From positions 329,293 to 393,292 of the forward strand of contig JADKJP010000007.1 of NCBI GenBank assembly GCA_016720935.1: 64,000 nt of DNA. The letters are read 5' to 3'. Positions 9,545 through 19,352 of the stretch are shown here, piece by piece (the stretch's first letter is position 1; each line of letters opens with the position of its first letter). The notes beneath the pieces are model-generated. The model saw nothing but the letters and a program-made list of their open reading frames with translations, was not told the DNA's origin and did no database searches. Origin of the DNA: Bacteroidota bacterium. Lineage in GTDB: Bacteria > Bacteroidota > Bacteroidia > AKYH767-A > 2013-40CM-41-45. The position numbers and the translations under genes are program-made.

Positions 9545-11464
9545 TTACTTCTTGTCTTCTTTTACTTCTTCAAAATCCACATCGGTTACTTCCCCATCGC
9601 CTTTAGCCTGGGCATTTCCATCCTGGTTTGTGCCAGATTGTTCAGCGGCACCGCCGGCATTCTGAGTGGCTTTATACATTTCTTCAGAAGCAGCCTGCCA
9701 TGCGGCATTCAGTGAAGCCAGCGCTGTATCTACTTTCAGAAGATCCTTTTCTTTGTGCGCGTCTTTAAGCTCGCTCAAAGCTTTCTGGATGGTTTCCTTT
9801 TTATCAGCGGAAAGTTTATCGCCATAATCCTTCAATTGTTTTTCCGTTTGGAAAATCAATGTATCGGCCTGGTTGAGTTTTTCAACTTCCTCTTTTGCTT
9901 TTCTGTCGGTCTCAGCATTCGCTTCCGCTTCCGCTTTCATTTTCTTGATTTCTTCATCACTCAAACCGGAAGAAGCTTCAATACGAATGTTCTGAGATTT
10001 ACCTGTTGCCTTGTCTTTTGCAGTTACATGAAGGATACCATTGGCATCGATATCAAAGATGACTTCGATTTGCGGAATACCGCGAGGTGCCGGTGGAATT
10101 CCATCGAGGTGAAAACGGCCGATGGTACGATTGTCTTTCGCCATTGGGCGCTCGCCTTGAAGGACGTGTATTTCAACGGACGGCTGGTTATCAGACGCTG
10201 TTGAGAATACTTCGCTCTTCTTTGTTGGAATGGTTGTATTGGATTCGATCAGGCGTGTCATTACTCCACCCATGGTTTCGATACCAAGAGAAAGAGGAGT
10301 TACGTCCAACAGCAATACATCTTTCACTTCACCGGTAAGTACCGCGCCCTGAATCGCCGCACCGATAGCAACCACTTCATCCGGATTCACTCCTTTGTGA
10401 GGAGCTTTCCCAAAGAATTTCTCTACCAATTGTTGAATTGCAGGGATACGTGTAGAACCACCGACAAGAATCACTTCGTCAATTTCTGAAGGGTTCATTC
10501 CGGCATCTTTCAGCGCTTTCTTACATGGCTCAAGGGTACGTTGAATCAGGTCATCACACAGTTGTTCAAATTTTGAACGCGAAAGTGATTTAACAAGGTG
10601 TTTTGGAATTCCATCAACCGGCATGATGTACGGAAGATTGATTTCTGTCTGAGTCGAACTTGACAATTCGATTTTTGCTTTCTCAGCAGCTTCTTTCAAA
10701 CGTTGCAATGCCATTGGATCGCGACGCAGATCGATTCCTTCATCTTTCTTGAATTCATCAGCAAGCCAATCGATAATTTTCTGATCGAAATCATCACCAC
10801 CAAGGTGGGTGTCACCATTTGTGGATTTCACCTCGAATACTCCGTCACCCAATTCGAGTACTGAGATATCAAATGTTCCTCCACCCAAATCGAACACAGC
10901 GATTTTTTCGTCCTTATTCTTTTTATCGAGACCATAAGCCAATGAAGCAGCTGTTGGTTCATTGATGATTCGCAGCACTTTTAAGCCTGCTACTTCACCT
11001 GCTTCTTTTGTTGCCTGACGCTGGCTGTCATTGAAATAAGCAGGAACTGTGATAACAGCTTCCGATACTTCATAACCCAGATAGTCTTCAGCAGTCTTCT
11101 TCATTTTCTGAAGAATGATGGCTGATATTTCCTGTGGTGTGTATAAACGATCTGTAATTTTTACACGGGGAGTATTGTTGTCGCCTTTTACGACTTCATA
11201 AGGAACTCTGTCTTTTTCCTTCTGCGTACGGTCAAAAGTTTCTCCCATAAAGCGCTTGATGGAAAAAACAGTATTCCTCGGATTTGTGATGGCCTGACGT
11301 TTTGCAGGATCACCCACTTTTCTTTCACCGTTATCCAGGAAAGCCACGATGGACGGAGTAGTTCTTCTTCCTTCACTGTTTGGAATTACAACCGGTTCGT
11401 TACCTTCCATCACTGCTACGCAGGAGTTTGTAGTTCCCAGGTCAATGCCTATTACTTTTCTCAT
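9545..11464 (-). CDS. dnaK: Molecular chaperone DnaK (Hsp70)
   Basis: 639 aa. It has the N-terminal [14 protein letters not shown] motif, DLGGGTFD and the C-terminal EEVD-like tail, with full-length Hsp70 architecture. Confidence 0.97.
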   Translation of the reverse strand: MRKVIGIDLGTTNSCVAVMEGNEPVVIPNSEGRRTTPSIVAFLDNGERKVGDPAKRQAITNPRNTVFSIKRFMGETFDRTQKEKDRVPYEVVKGDNNTPRVKITDRLYTPQEISAIILQKMKKTAEDYLGYEVSEAVITVPAYFNDSQRQATKEAGEVAGLKVLRIINEPTAASLAYGLDKKNKDEKIAVFDLGGGTFDISVLELGDGVFEVKSTNGDTHLGGDDFDQKIIDWLADEFKKDEGIDLRRDPMALQRLKEAAEKAKIELSSSTQTEINLPYIMPVDGIPKHLVKSLSRSKFEQLCDDLIQRTLEPCKKALKDAGMNPSEIDEVILVGGSTRIPAIQQLVEKFFGKAPHKGVNPDEVVAIGAAIQGAVLTGEVKDVLLLDVTPLSLGIETMGGVMTRLIESNTTIPTKKSEVFSTASDNQPSVEIHVLQGERPMAKDNRTIGRFHLDGIPPAPRGIPQIEVIFDIDANGILHVTAKDKATGKSQNIRIEASSGLSDEEIKKMKAEAEANAETDRKAKEEVEKLNQADTLIFQTEKQLKDYGDKLSADKKETIQKALSELKDAHKEKDLLKVDTALASLNAAWQAASEEMYKATQNAGGAAEQSGTNQDGNAQAKGDGEVTDVDFEEVKEDKK

Positions 11465-11608
11465 TTTATTATTGTTTTTGTTGATTTTGCGTTTGGTTAA
11501 CCGCGGTGGTCAATCATTATGCCACTGACAATAATGAAGTAAAAATGTCAGGTCTGGAGAAAAGGCCTAATTTATGCAAAAAACCAATGACAAAGAGGCA
11601 TTTCCAGT

Positions 11609-12601
11609 CTACTGAAAATTCAGATCCCGGGTGAATTCGCTCGTGTCTAAAGCGCTAATTGTGTTCACTGAAAGGTTCCTGAATTCAGAGTGTATCAGGC
11701 GGCTGGTGAAAAGTCCAACCCCATTTTCAACGGTCGTAAATAAAGGCCTGTCCTGAACGACGCCGCTTCCCGGGTTCGTCAATTGTTCATAGGTGTAAAG
11801 ATCCTCAGAGCCTACAATAAAACGGAATTCGATAGGTAAATAGCCTGGAGGCAAATTATCTATTCTTCTCACAACACCAGGAGTATGAGGAATCTTATTT
11901 CCGAGAAGCTCAAAAAAGTCGGGACGGAAGTATTTGAATTCTACCTCTGTAGCTGCGGCATTGGAATAGGATTGCTCAGGGAAATTCCAATCCACAAAAT
12001 GTTGACTCGTATTACCAAGAGTATCCGTTTCTGTGTAATGGAAACGAATGACCATATCAGAAACCTTTGAATTATCTCCGGGTGTGAATCGGACAGTGAT
12101 GTAAAAACGGGTGGAGAAGTCCACATTGGTTGCAATGGGAGAATCCTGAAATACGTCACCGACTATACGGGTTAATGAAGTGGCTGTATTGCCTGTATTG
12201 TTGTTTTTAACGATCAACCGATATTGACTGCCATCATCGGCTATCGGATGATTTGTCCGGTAATATACCTGATATGGAGCCGCGAAAATGCCATCATCCT
12301 TGGGAATTGTATCTGTACGATTCAAGGGAAAAGTCTCCAACAAAACTCCGTCTAATATTCTTTCCATTTTCACATCCAGAATATCGGCATAATTGATTGA
12401 ATCAGGTTCTTGAGCCATGATCAATGCATTTCCTTCTCCAAGATAGGCTTTGCTGATACGGATGTATTGCGCTGTATCCAGGGTGTTCAATAATCCATAA
12501 ATAACCATAGTCTCCTTATAAGGAGCATTGATTTCGAAATCTGTTGAACAGGAAGTGAATATCCCACTGAGGGTGAGAATGAAAATTATCAGTTTTTTCA
12601 T
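11609..12601 (-). CDS. Hypothetical lipoprotein (Bacteroidetes-type; DUF4270-like guess)
   Basis: A lipoprotein signal MKKLIIFILTLSGIFTSC precedes a lipobox Cys. I chose the start at the internal Met rather than the extended ORF start at 12682. No catalytic motifs were recognised. Confidence 0.5.
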   Translation of the reverse strand: MKKLIIFILTLSGIFTSCSTDFEINAPYKETMVIYGLLNTLDTAQYIRISKAYLGEGNALIMAQEPDSINYADILDVKMERILDGVLLETFPLNRTDTIPKDDGIFAAPYQVYYRTNHPIADDGSQYRLIVKNNNTGNTATSLTRIVGDVFQDSPIATNVDFSTRFYITVRFTPGDNSKVSDMVIRFHYTETDTLGNTSQHFVDWNFPEQSYSNAAATEVEFKYFRPDFFELLGNKIPHTPGVVRRIDNLPPGYLPIEFRFIVGSEDLYTYEQLTNPGSGVVQDRPLFTTVENGVGLFTSRLIHSEFRNLSVNTISALDTSEFTRDLNFQ

Positions 12602-12686
12602 GCGCCACAAAGCTAATTTTTTTTCCCTCAACTTTACAGGAATTTGTAGCTTTGATGCTTCTGAATAAGTATCATTTGACAAAAAA

Positions 12687-13520
12687 ATGACCCGGACCTA
12701 TCTCTCTTCATTCCTCCTTGGACTATTGCTCTTTGTGCATCCGGTCAGGGCACAATTTGTTAAGGAAACCTATAATGAGGCAGTCTATTCTGATAATTTT
12801 TCTTCAGATGCCGGGAATTGGAAAATACAATCCAATGCCGACAACCTTTTCCTGATACAGGATGGAGAATATCTTCTCAAAAGAAAGAATATAGAATCCG
12901 CATATTCTGTTTTTAGTAATTATAAAATCACCATCCCTTCCTTTGAAATCGCCGTGAGGATGACACTCGAAAAATCCGATCTGAAAGAATCCGCAGCAGG
13001 TGTAATTTTTATGGCTCAGGAAGACGGAACGGGTGCTTTTGTTTTTGAATTCAACAGTCAGCAACAATACCGCTTAAAACAACTGGTCGGAGTGAATTAC
13101 AGATTGCTCACAGGGGATAACAAAAACAGTGGCTGGGTAAGTTCGACTTCTATTTCTCCAAAAAACGAATCGAACCTGATTCAAATCAGATGCTCCAACC
13201 GGAATTATGATATTTACATCAATCAACACTACCTGTTTTCATTTACTGAACTGGCTTACAAATCCGGAAAAGTCGGAATCAATGTCGGACCAGCTTCAAA
13301 TATCCGGGTTACAAATTTTACAGTGTTTGGGCCGGGAAACTCAGTGGATAAGATCCCGAATGAGAATTCCTCCTGCGAAGAAGTGAAAAGCCGTCTCAGA
13401 GAAGAACTAAGTACTGTACGTTCCGAAAATCAAATGCTAAAAGACTCTCTGACTCAGATCAAAAAAGAAATGAAAATACTGAAGGAGAAAAACGCGACAA
13501 AATCCAAACATCTCGAATAA
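12687..13520 (+). CDS. Secreted hypothetical protein with a beta-rich (lectin/LamG-like guess) domain and a C-terminal coiled coil
   Basis: The signal peptide is MTRTYLSSFLLGLLLFVHPVRAQ. The C-terminal ~50 aa have heptad-like charge periodicity (EEVKSRLREELSTVRSENQMLKDSLTQIKKEMKILKEK). It is transcribed divergently from the lipoprotein gene. Confidence 0.5.
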   Translation: MTRTYLSSFLLGLLLFVHPVRAQFVKETYNEAVYSDNFSSDAGNWKIQSNADNLFLIQDGEYLLKRKNIESAYSVFSNYKITIPSFEIAVRMTLEKSDLKESAAGVIFMAQEDGTGAFVFEFNSQQQYRLKQLVGVNYRLLTGDNKNSGWVSSTSISPKNESNLIQIRCSNRNYDIYINQHYLFSFTELAYKSGKVGINVGPASNIRVTNFTVFGPGNSVDKIPNENSSCEEVKSRLREELSTVRSENQMLKDSLTQIKKEMKILKEKNATKSKHLE

Positions 13521-13572
13521 ACTTTTTCGAAGATCCTATATTATTTCATTCACCTCTTAAAAAGCAAATCAT

Positions 13573-14391
13573 ATGTCAACTGCCAAAGGAGAAGATCGTA
13601 AAGTAACGACGCATACGCTTCAGGAAATGAAGAAAAGAGGTGAGAAAATCAGCATGCTCACAGCATATGATTATTCCCTTGCCAGAATTCTTGATGATGC
13701 CGGGATTGACGTTTTGCTGGTTGGTGATTCTGCATCCAATGTGATGGCCGGTCACGAAACCACGCTTCCGATTACACTCGATCAAATGATTTATCATGCT
13801 TCTTCCGTAGTGAGAGCCGTAAAACGGGCACTTGTTGTTGTGGATTTGCCCTTTGGAAGTTATCAGGGAAACTCAAAAGAAGCTTTGAATTCATCGATTC
13901 GTATCATGAAAGAATCCGGAGCACATGCCGTGAAACTTGAAGGCGGACGTGAAGTAAAGGATTCCATTGAAAGGATTTTATCCGCCGGAGTACCTGTGAT
14001 GGGACATCTAGGTCTTACGCCACAATCAATTTATAAATTCGGCACTTACGTAGTTCGCGCTAAAGAAGAAGCTGAGGCGCAACGTTTGATGGAAGACGCG
14101 CACCTGCTTGCAGAATCAGGATGTTTCGCGATTGTACTTGAAAAAATTCCCGCGCAGCTGGCCACCAAAGTCGCACAGGAAGTAAAAATCCCTATCATTG
14201 GAATAGGCGCCGGAGGAGGTGTTGACGGACAAGTACTCGTGCTTCATGATATGTTGGGTATCAATCATGAATTTCACCCGAGATTTCTCAGAAGATATGC
14301 CAGTTTGTATGAAGAAATAAAAGCGGCGACTCAAAATTACATCGCCGATGTGAAGAGCAGGGATTTCCCAAATGAAAAGGAACAATACTAA
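13573..14391 (+). CDS. panB: 3-methyl-2-oxobutanoate hydroxymethyltransferase (ketopantoate hydroxymethyltransferase)
   Basis: 272 aa. The motif [47 protein letters not shown] is diagnostic of PanB. Confidence 0.9.
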   Translation: MSTAKGEDRKVTTHTLQEMKKRGEKISMLTAYDYSLARILDDAGIDVLLVGDSASNVMAGHETTLPITLDQMIYHASSVVRAVKRALVVVDLPFGSYQGNSKEALNSSIRIMKESGAHAVKLEGGREVKDSIERILSAGVPVMGHLGLTPQSIYKFGTYVVRAKEEAEAQRLMEDAHLLAESGCFAIVLEKIPAQLATKVAQEVKIPIIGIGAGGGVDGQVLVLHDMLGINHEFHPRFLRRYASLYEEIKAATQNYIADVKSRDFPNEKEQY

Positions 14392-14394
14392 TTA

Positions 14395-15097
14395 ATGCAA
14401 AAACTCGAAGTCTTATTTGAAGACAATCATCTTATTGTTGTCAATAAATTACCGGGCCAATTGGTTCAGGGTGATAAAACCGGAGACGCCCCTTTGGGGG
14501 ATCTGGTGAAAGAATACATCAAAGTCAAGTATGAAAAACCCGGAGAAGTTTTCCTGGGAGTAGTGCATCGTATCGACAGACCTGTAAGTGGAATTGTGAT
14601 CTTTGCCCGTACGAGTAAGGCGCTTGCACGAATGAATGAACTTTTCAGGGAAAAGAAAATTCAAAAAACCTATTGGGCAGTTGTCAAGAACAAACCACCC
14701 TCAGATCAGGGCAGTTTGATTCATTACCTGATAAAAGACGAAGCCCGAAACAAAAGCAAGGCCTACGATAAAGAAATAAAAAATTCCCAACGCTCCTGGC
14801 TGGATTATAAAGTCCTTGGCAAATCTGATAATTATTTTTTGCTTGAAATCAATCCGCATACAGGGCGGCATCACCAGATCAGGGTTCAGTTATCCACGAT
14901 GGGCTGTCCTATTAAAAGGTGATATCAAATACGGTTTTGACAGAACGAATGAGGATGGCAGCATTCATTTGCATGCACGGTCCATACAGTTTATTCATCC
15001 TGTCAAAGGAGAAGAAATCCGTTTAACAGCGTCTGTTCCGGATGAAGTGATCTGGAATTTTTTCGAAAAATCTATCGGGCCTGAAAGTGCAAAATAA
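14395..15097 (+). pseudogene. RluA-family pseudouridine synthase interrupted by a +1 frameshift in an A4 run (~14914-14917); this is either a pseudogene or a sequencing error
   Basis: ORF 14395-14922 carries the RluA catalytic motif HRIDRPVSGIVIFARTSKA and ends ...GCPIKR*. The overlapping +1-frame ORF (14816-15097) continues with GDIKYGFDRT...HLHARSIQFIHP, the conserved RluA C-terminus. Deleting one A restores GCPIKGDIKYG. Confidence 0.75.
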
Positions 15098-15122
15098 TCC
15101 GTCTCCCCTCCTTCTTCCCGGA

Positions 15123-16241
15123 TTATTTACTGAGATACTTTGATTTTACCAGATCATAAGTTGGGAAATCATTGTAGTGCCACATGGCTTCCACCTTACC
15201 ATTTTTCAGTAGCATGATTCCGGGATTTGAACGAATCATTGTTTTAAGAGTAGTCGCGTCCGTGAAATAATATTCGAACATGGAATTATGTTCGTGACGG
15301 AAAGCATCCACTTCTTTTGGTGCAGAAGCGGTAAGTCCGATAAATTCAACACCGTCTTTCTGACAGAGTGCCACAAAATCATTCACTTTACCCTGGACGG
15401 ATTTATCCGTGTGATTGATTTCATAGGCAACAAGCAAAAACACTTGTTTCATCTGCAAAACATCCGCAGTGACATCAGTACCATCGGTGGATGTAATAGT
15501 AAAATCATGGATCGGAGGTTTATCTCCTTCACGAATGACTTTATCTTTTCTGTCGATAAATTTATAAGTGCTGTCAATTTCTTTCAATTGATCCATGGAA
15601 AGTTCCATTTGTTTACCGTCTTTTTCATAAACGAACAACATGACAACACTGTCTGTTTTCGCATTCGGCGGAAGTTTCATTCCGTCAGGAATACTTTTTC
15701 CAACAGCGTAAGGTCTGAAATCAATAATCGGTAAATGCCAGTAGCAATACATCGAAAAAGAGAAGGACGCGATAAATCCAAAATATGCGAGGTAAGTAGA
15801 ACTCTTATCACCGAAGAGTGGTTTGATTTCTTTTCGTTTAAGAAAAATAAACATAATCAGGATGAACAAGATGATATCCTTCATGAAAGATTGGAAAGGT
15901 GTGAGGTGCAAAGCGTCACCAAAACAACCGCAATCTTTTACCACATCAAAGTACCAGGAATAAAAGGTGAGGAATGTGAAAAAGATGATCATGAGCAGCA
16001 TGGACCATGCTGTAAGAATCATTCGTGCACCAAGTAATAATGCAATTCCCAATCCAATTTCAAATGCGCAAATGCCGATTGCAAGCCACAAAGAAATGGT
16101 GGACAACCATGGCATATGAAAGACTTCAAAATATTCATTCAGCTTGTAGGAGAATCCAAGCGGATCGTTGGCTTTAATAAACCCCGAAATAATGAACAGG
16201 ATACCTACAAAAATACGGGAAATCTGAGCGATGATTTTCAT
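15123..16241 (-). CDS. Membrane protein with an N-terminal DoxX/MauE-like domain and a C-terminal thioredoxin-fold (TlpA/peroxiredoxin-like) domain that lacks the CxxC motif
   Basis: 372 aa. The N-terminal ~160 aa are a 4-TM domain (MKIIAQISRIFVGILFIISGFIKANDP, and a DCGCFG segment in a membrane loop). The C-terminal ~200 aa are soluble with a thioredoxin-like alpha/beta pattern and no Cys pair. Confidence 0.5.
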   Translation of the reverse strand: MKIIAQISRIFVGILFIISGFIKANDPLGFSYKLNEYFEVFHMPWLSTISLWLAIGICAFEIGLGIALLLGARMILTAWSMLLMIIFFTFLTFYSWYFDVVKDCGCFGDALHLTPFQSFMKDIILFILIMFIFLKRKEIKPLFGDKSSTYLAYFGFIASFSFSMYCYWHLPIIDFRPYAVGKSIPDGMKLPPNAKTDSVVMLFVYEKDGKQMELSMDQLKEIDSTYKFIDRKDKVIREGDKPPIHDFTITSTDGTDVTADVLQMKQVFLLVAYEINHTDKSVQGKVNDFVALCQKDGVEFIGLTASAPKEVDAFRHEHNSMFEYYFTDATTLKTMIRSNPGIMLLKNGKVEAMWHYNDFPTYDLVKSKYLSK

Positions 16242-16363
16242 ATCTGATTCAATGAATAAGTATTAAACAATCTTGATCGGTTACAGTCGGCTTATAGATG
16301 AATGATGCAAAAAAAATCAATTCATATGATGGTTTTGTGAAAGAAGTCTTTTCCGGAAATTAA

Positions 16364-16969
16364 TTACGCTTCGCCCAGTTTAATAAGAGCAAAGACTGCA
16401 TAATTAATAATGTCATAATAATTAGCCCCTACCCCTTCACTGATCAGTGTTTCCCCCTGATTATCTTCAATCTGTTTAATTCGCAATAATTTCATGAGGA
16501 TCAGATCGGTCATGGAGCTGGTACGCATTCCCCTCCAGGCTTCACCATAATCGTGATTTTTGTCCTCCATCAGTCGCTTGGATTCAAGGACGTGTTTTTC
16601 AAAATGGCTGACAACTTCGGATTCAGGCATCTCGAGATTGCTTTCACTCCCCATCTCTATCTGGATCAGGGCGATTACACAATAATTAATGATTCCCACA
16701 AACTCGGAGTCGACACCTTCATCAACTTTTTGTGTACCTTTCTCTTCAATACTCCTGATGCGCTGGGCCTTAATAAATATTTGGTCAGTAATGGAACTAA
16801 CCCGGAGAATACGCCAGGCTGTACCGTAATCTTTCATTTTTTTAAGAAAGATATCTTTACAGCGGTTTATGACTGAATCGTATTGTGATGAAGTATGCGA
16901 AGCCATAGGAATTTCCGGAAATGATGTCTGGTTTTCAAAAGACATGTAAGAATGATTATCTGTATACAA
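16364..16969 (-). CDS. DUF1599-domain protein (two tandem DUF1599 repeats)
   Basis: There are two internal repeats (…DYGTAWRILRVSSITDQIFIKAQRIRSIE… and …DYGEAWRGMRTSSMTDLILMKLLRIKQIE…). This family is characteristically linked to folP in Bacteroidetes. Confidence 0.6.
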   Translation of the reverse strand: MYTDNHSYMSFENQTSFPEIPMASHTSSQYDSVINRCKDIFLKKMKDYGTAWRILRVSSITDQIFIKAQRIRSIEEKGTQKVDEGVDSEFVGIINYCVIALIQIEMGSESNLEMPESEVVSHFEKHVLESKRLMEDKNHDYGEAWRGMRTSSMTDLILMKLLRIKQIEDNQGETLISEGVGANYYDIINYAVFALIKLGEA

Positions 16970-17006
16970 ATTCTCTTCCGAGCCTTTGTATCAATGAATT
17001 AAATGA

Positions 17007-17894
17007 ATGGAAATACAAAATAAATTCGCTGGCGAAGATACACACTTTCAGGTTCACAACAGTTTGAACTGCTCTGGAAGCCTCTTCGATTTATCAACAC
17101 CAAAGATCATGGGGATCCTCAATGTCACCCCTGATTCTTTTCATGATGGAGGGCGCTATCTTACTGAAAAAGAATCGATCACAAGGGCCTCAGAAATGCT
17201 CAAAGAAGGTGCTGACATCCTTGATATTGGCGGACAATCAACCCGTCCAGGGGCTGCAAGAATCAGCTCAGCCGATGAATGGGGACGTGTTGGCAATGCT
17301 GTAAAAGCGATTGTAAAAGAATTTCCCTCCGCTATCCTTTCAATTGATACTTTCTATGCTGATGTTGCTGACAAAGCGCTCTCTGAAGGCGTTTCCATTG
17401 TCAATGATATTTCAGCCGGATCTTTTGACGAAAAAATAATGGGAGTTGCGGCACGCCACAATGCTCCTTATATCCTGATGCACATGCAGGGCAATCCGGC
17501 AACAATGCAATTGGAACCGGCTTATACCAATGTAGTGAATGAAGTAATGGATTTTTTTGTAACAAAAATTGCTCAGCTGAAATCAGCCGGTGTTCGTGAC
17601 ATTGTTTTGGATCCGGGTTTTGGATTTGGGAAAACAACAGAGCACAATTATTCTCTCCTGTCGAATCTTTCCCTTTTTCGTATGACAGGCTATCCTGTCA
17701 TGGCCGGACTATCCAGGAAATCAATGATCACGAAGGTTCTTAAAGTTCCTAATGAGGCCGCGCTGAACGGGACTACTGTACTCAATACAATTGCATTGTT
17801 ACAGGGCGCATCCATCCTGCGGGTTCATGATATAAAAGAAGCTGCTGAAACAAGAGCATTAATTACTGAATACAAGCGTGTGCAAAAGTCCTGA
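17007..17894 (+). CDS. folP: Dihydropteroate synthase
   Basis: 295 aa. The pterin-binding motifs ILNVTPDSFHDGG, LDIGGQSTRPGA and VLDPGFGFGKT are present. Confidence 0.9.
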   Translation: MEIQNKFAGEDTHFQVHNSLNCSGSLFDLSTPKIMGILNVTPDSFHDGGRYLTEKESITRASEMLKEGADILDIGGQSTRPGAARISSADEWGRVGNAVKAIVKEFPSAILSIDTFYADVADKALSEGVSIVNDISAGSFDEKIMGVAARHNAPYILMHMQGNPATMQLEPAYTNVVNEVMDFFVTKIAQLKSAGVRDIVLDPGFGFGKTTEHNYSLLSNLSLFRMTGYPVMAGLSRKSMITKVLKVPNEAALNGTTVLNTIALLQGASILRVHDIKEAAETRALITEYKRVQKS

Positions 17895-17956
17895 GAAGGG
17901 CTTATCAATTTTAATATTTTTTGGCGAACTTCGTAGTTCTTCATTACACAACACTA

Positions 17957-18757
17957 ATGGATTTATTTCACATAGGATTTTTGTCTGTCAGATTAATCGA
18001 TCTGATTGATATCGCTATTGTGACTTTTTTGTTGTACAAACTTTACAACCTCCTTCGGGGTGGTGTGGCAATAAATATTTTTATCGGTTTACTGACTGTG
18101 TATGCTCTGTATTGGATCTGTGTGAAAATCCTTAATATGGATTTATTGGGTACTATTCTGGGTCAGTTTATCAGTCTTGGATTCATTGCCCTGATCATTG
18201 TGTTTCAGCAGGAAGTCAGACGATTTTTAATTGTTTTGGGAACCAATAATATTTTATCCAAAAACACCTTTACACGGCAAATTCTTCCCTGGAACTGGCA
18301 GATGACCAAGAATCCTCCGCTGGATATCTCCGCTATTCTGAAGGCATGCAGACAAATGTCGAAGGACAAAACAGGTGCTATTATTGTACTTGCAAAGTCA
18401 TCAGAGTTGAAATATTACTCCAACACAGGGGACATCATGGATGCTGAAATATCCCAGCGGCTGATAGAAAGTATTTTTTTTAAAAATTCGCCGATGCACG
18501 ATGGTGCAATTATTATTGTAAATAATAAAATCAAAGCTGCCCGCTGTGTTTTACCTGTCACTGAAAACGTAGAATTACCTGCACATCTGGGAATGCGCCA
18601 CAGAGCAGCTGTTGGAATTACAGAACAAAGTGACGCGATCGCTATTACAGTCTCTGAGGAGACCGGAGAAATTTCTATCGCTAAAGAAGGACAGATCCAG
18701 GTGAATATTTCTCTTGATGAGCTTGAAAAATCGCTTCGAGAAGATTTCGGAGATTAA
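17957..18757 (+). CDS. cdaA: Diadenylate cyclase CdaA (DisA_N domain, c-di-AMP synthase)
   Basis: Three N-terminal TM helices are followed by a DAC domain with TGAIIVL, MHDGAIII and GMRHRAAVGITEQSDAIAITVSEETGEIS. I chose the start at the internal Met MDLFHIG. Confidence 0.85.
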   Translation: MDLFHIGFLSVRLIDLIDIAIVTFLLYKLYNLLRGGVAINIFIGLLTVYALYWICVKILNMDLLGTILGQFISLGFIALIIVFQQEVRRFLIVLGTNNILSKNTFTRQILPWNWQMTKNPPLDISAILKACRQMSKDKTGAIIVLAKSSELKYYSNTGDIMDAEISQRLIESIFFKNSPMHDGAIIIVNNKIKAARCVLPVTENVELPAHLGMRHRAAVGITEQSDAIAITVSEETGEISIAKEGQIQVNISLDELEKSLREDFGD

Positions 18758-18777
18758 AAAGAAACCGATTTCAGGAA

Positions 18778-19326
18778 TCACATCCCTTTGTTTGCACTAT
18801 CCTGTTTTTGCTCAAACATTTTAATGAGTTGTTCATCCGACATACCCGAATTGATCTGATCAAATGAAGCTTTTGCAGAACTTACGAGGGGATGCTCAGG
18901 ATAGGATCTAATAAACTCTTCGTATTTTGCTTTTGCTTTTTCTTTTTCATCTAACACTGTTTCATACAGGAATGCCTGCATAAAAACTGCAGCTGCTACT
19001 TTCGGGTTCTTAGGATATTTGCTGATAAATTCACCGTACAATTCAATTGCTTTTTGTGGTTGTTGCAATCCATTACTCAGATCAGCCGCTTTAAAAAGCA
19101 GTTCAGGAGCGATGGTATCGTCCGGAAACTTTTTTGTAAAATCAAGATAATTTGTCAGGACAGTTCTTGCTACTGAATCATTCAACTGTAAAGTGGAATC
19201 AGAAAATAGTTTCTCTTCGCCTGATTTGATTTTATCAACCAGGTCCTGCTTTCCTGATTTGCAGGAATCGAAAAATATCATTGTACAGCATGCTGCTATA
19301 ATGATACAAATGAATTTGTATTTCAT
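18778..19326 (-). CDS. TPR-like repeat lipoprotein (hypothetical)
   Basis: A lipoprotein signal MKYKFICIIIAACCTMIFFDSC begins the protein. The rest is helical-repeat-like (YGEFISKYPKNPKVAAAVFMQAFLYE). Confidence 0.5.
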   Translation of the reverse strand: MKYKFICIIIAACCTMIFFDSCKSGKQDLVDKIKSGEEKLFSDSTLQLNDSVARTVLTNYLDFTKKFPDDTIAPELLFKAADLSNGLQQPQKAIELYGEFISKYPKNPKVAAAVFMQAFLYETVLDEKEKAKAKYEEFIRSYPEHPLVSSAKASFDQINSGMSDEQLIKMFEQKQDSANKGM

Positions 19327-19342
19327 ACTTATCCTCTTTAAG

Positions 19343-19352
19343 CCCCCCCCCC
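19343..19352. repeat. Homopolymeric C10 (G10 on the coding strand), 17-26 nt upstream of the TPR lipoprotein start codon
   Basis: Read directly: agCCCCCCCCCCgatgg. It lies between the def stop (19436) and the lipoprotein ATG (19326), both on the minus strand. Confidence 0.9.

Noticed and set aside
9755-10338. Plus-strand ORFs (149 aa and 83 aa) inside the dnaK gene
   Set aside because: They lie antisense within a very highly conserved Hsp70 coding region and their products are low-complexity ([11 protein letters not shown]...). These are typical shadow ORFs.
14905-14925. Programmed ribosomal frameshifting as the explanation for the split rluA gene
   Set aside because: There is no slippery heptamer of the X XXY YYZ type, no downstream pseudoknot-like structure, and no known precedent for RluA-family genes. 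A homopolymer indel from mutation or sequencing error is far more likely.
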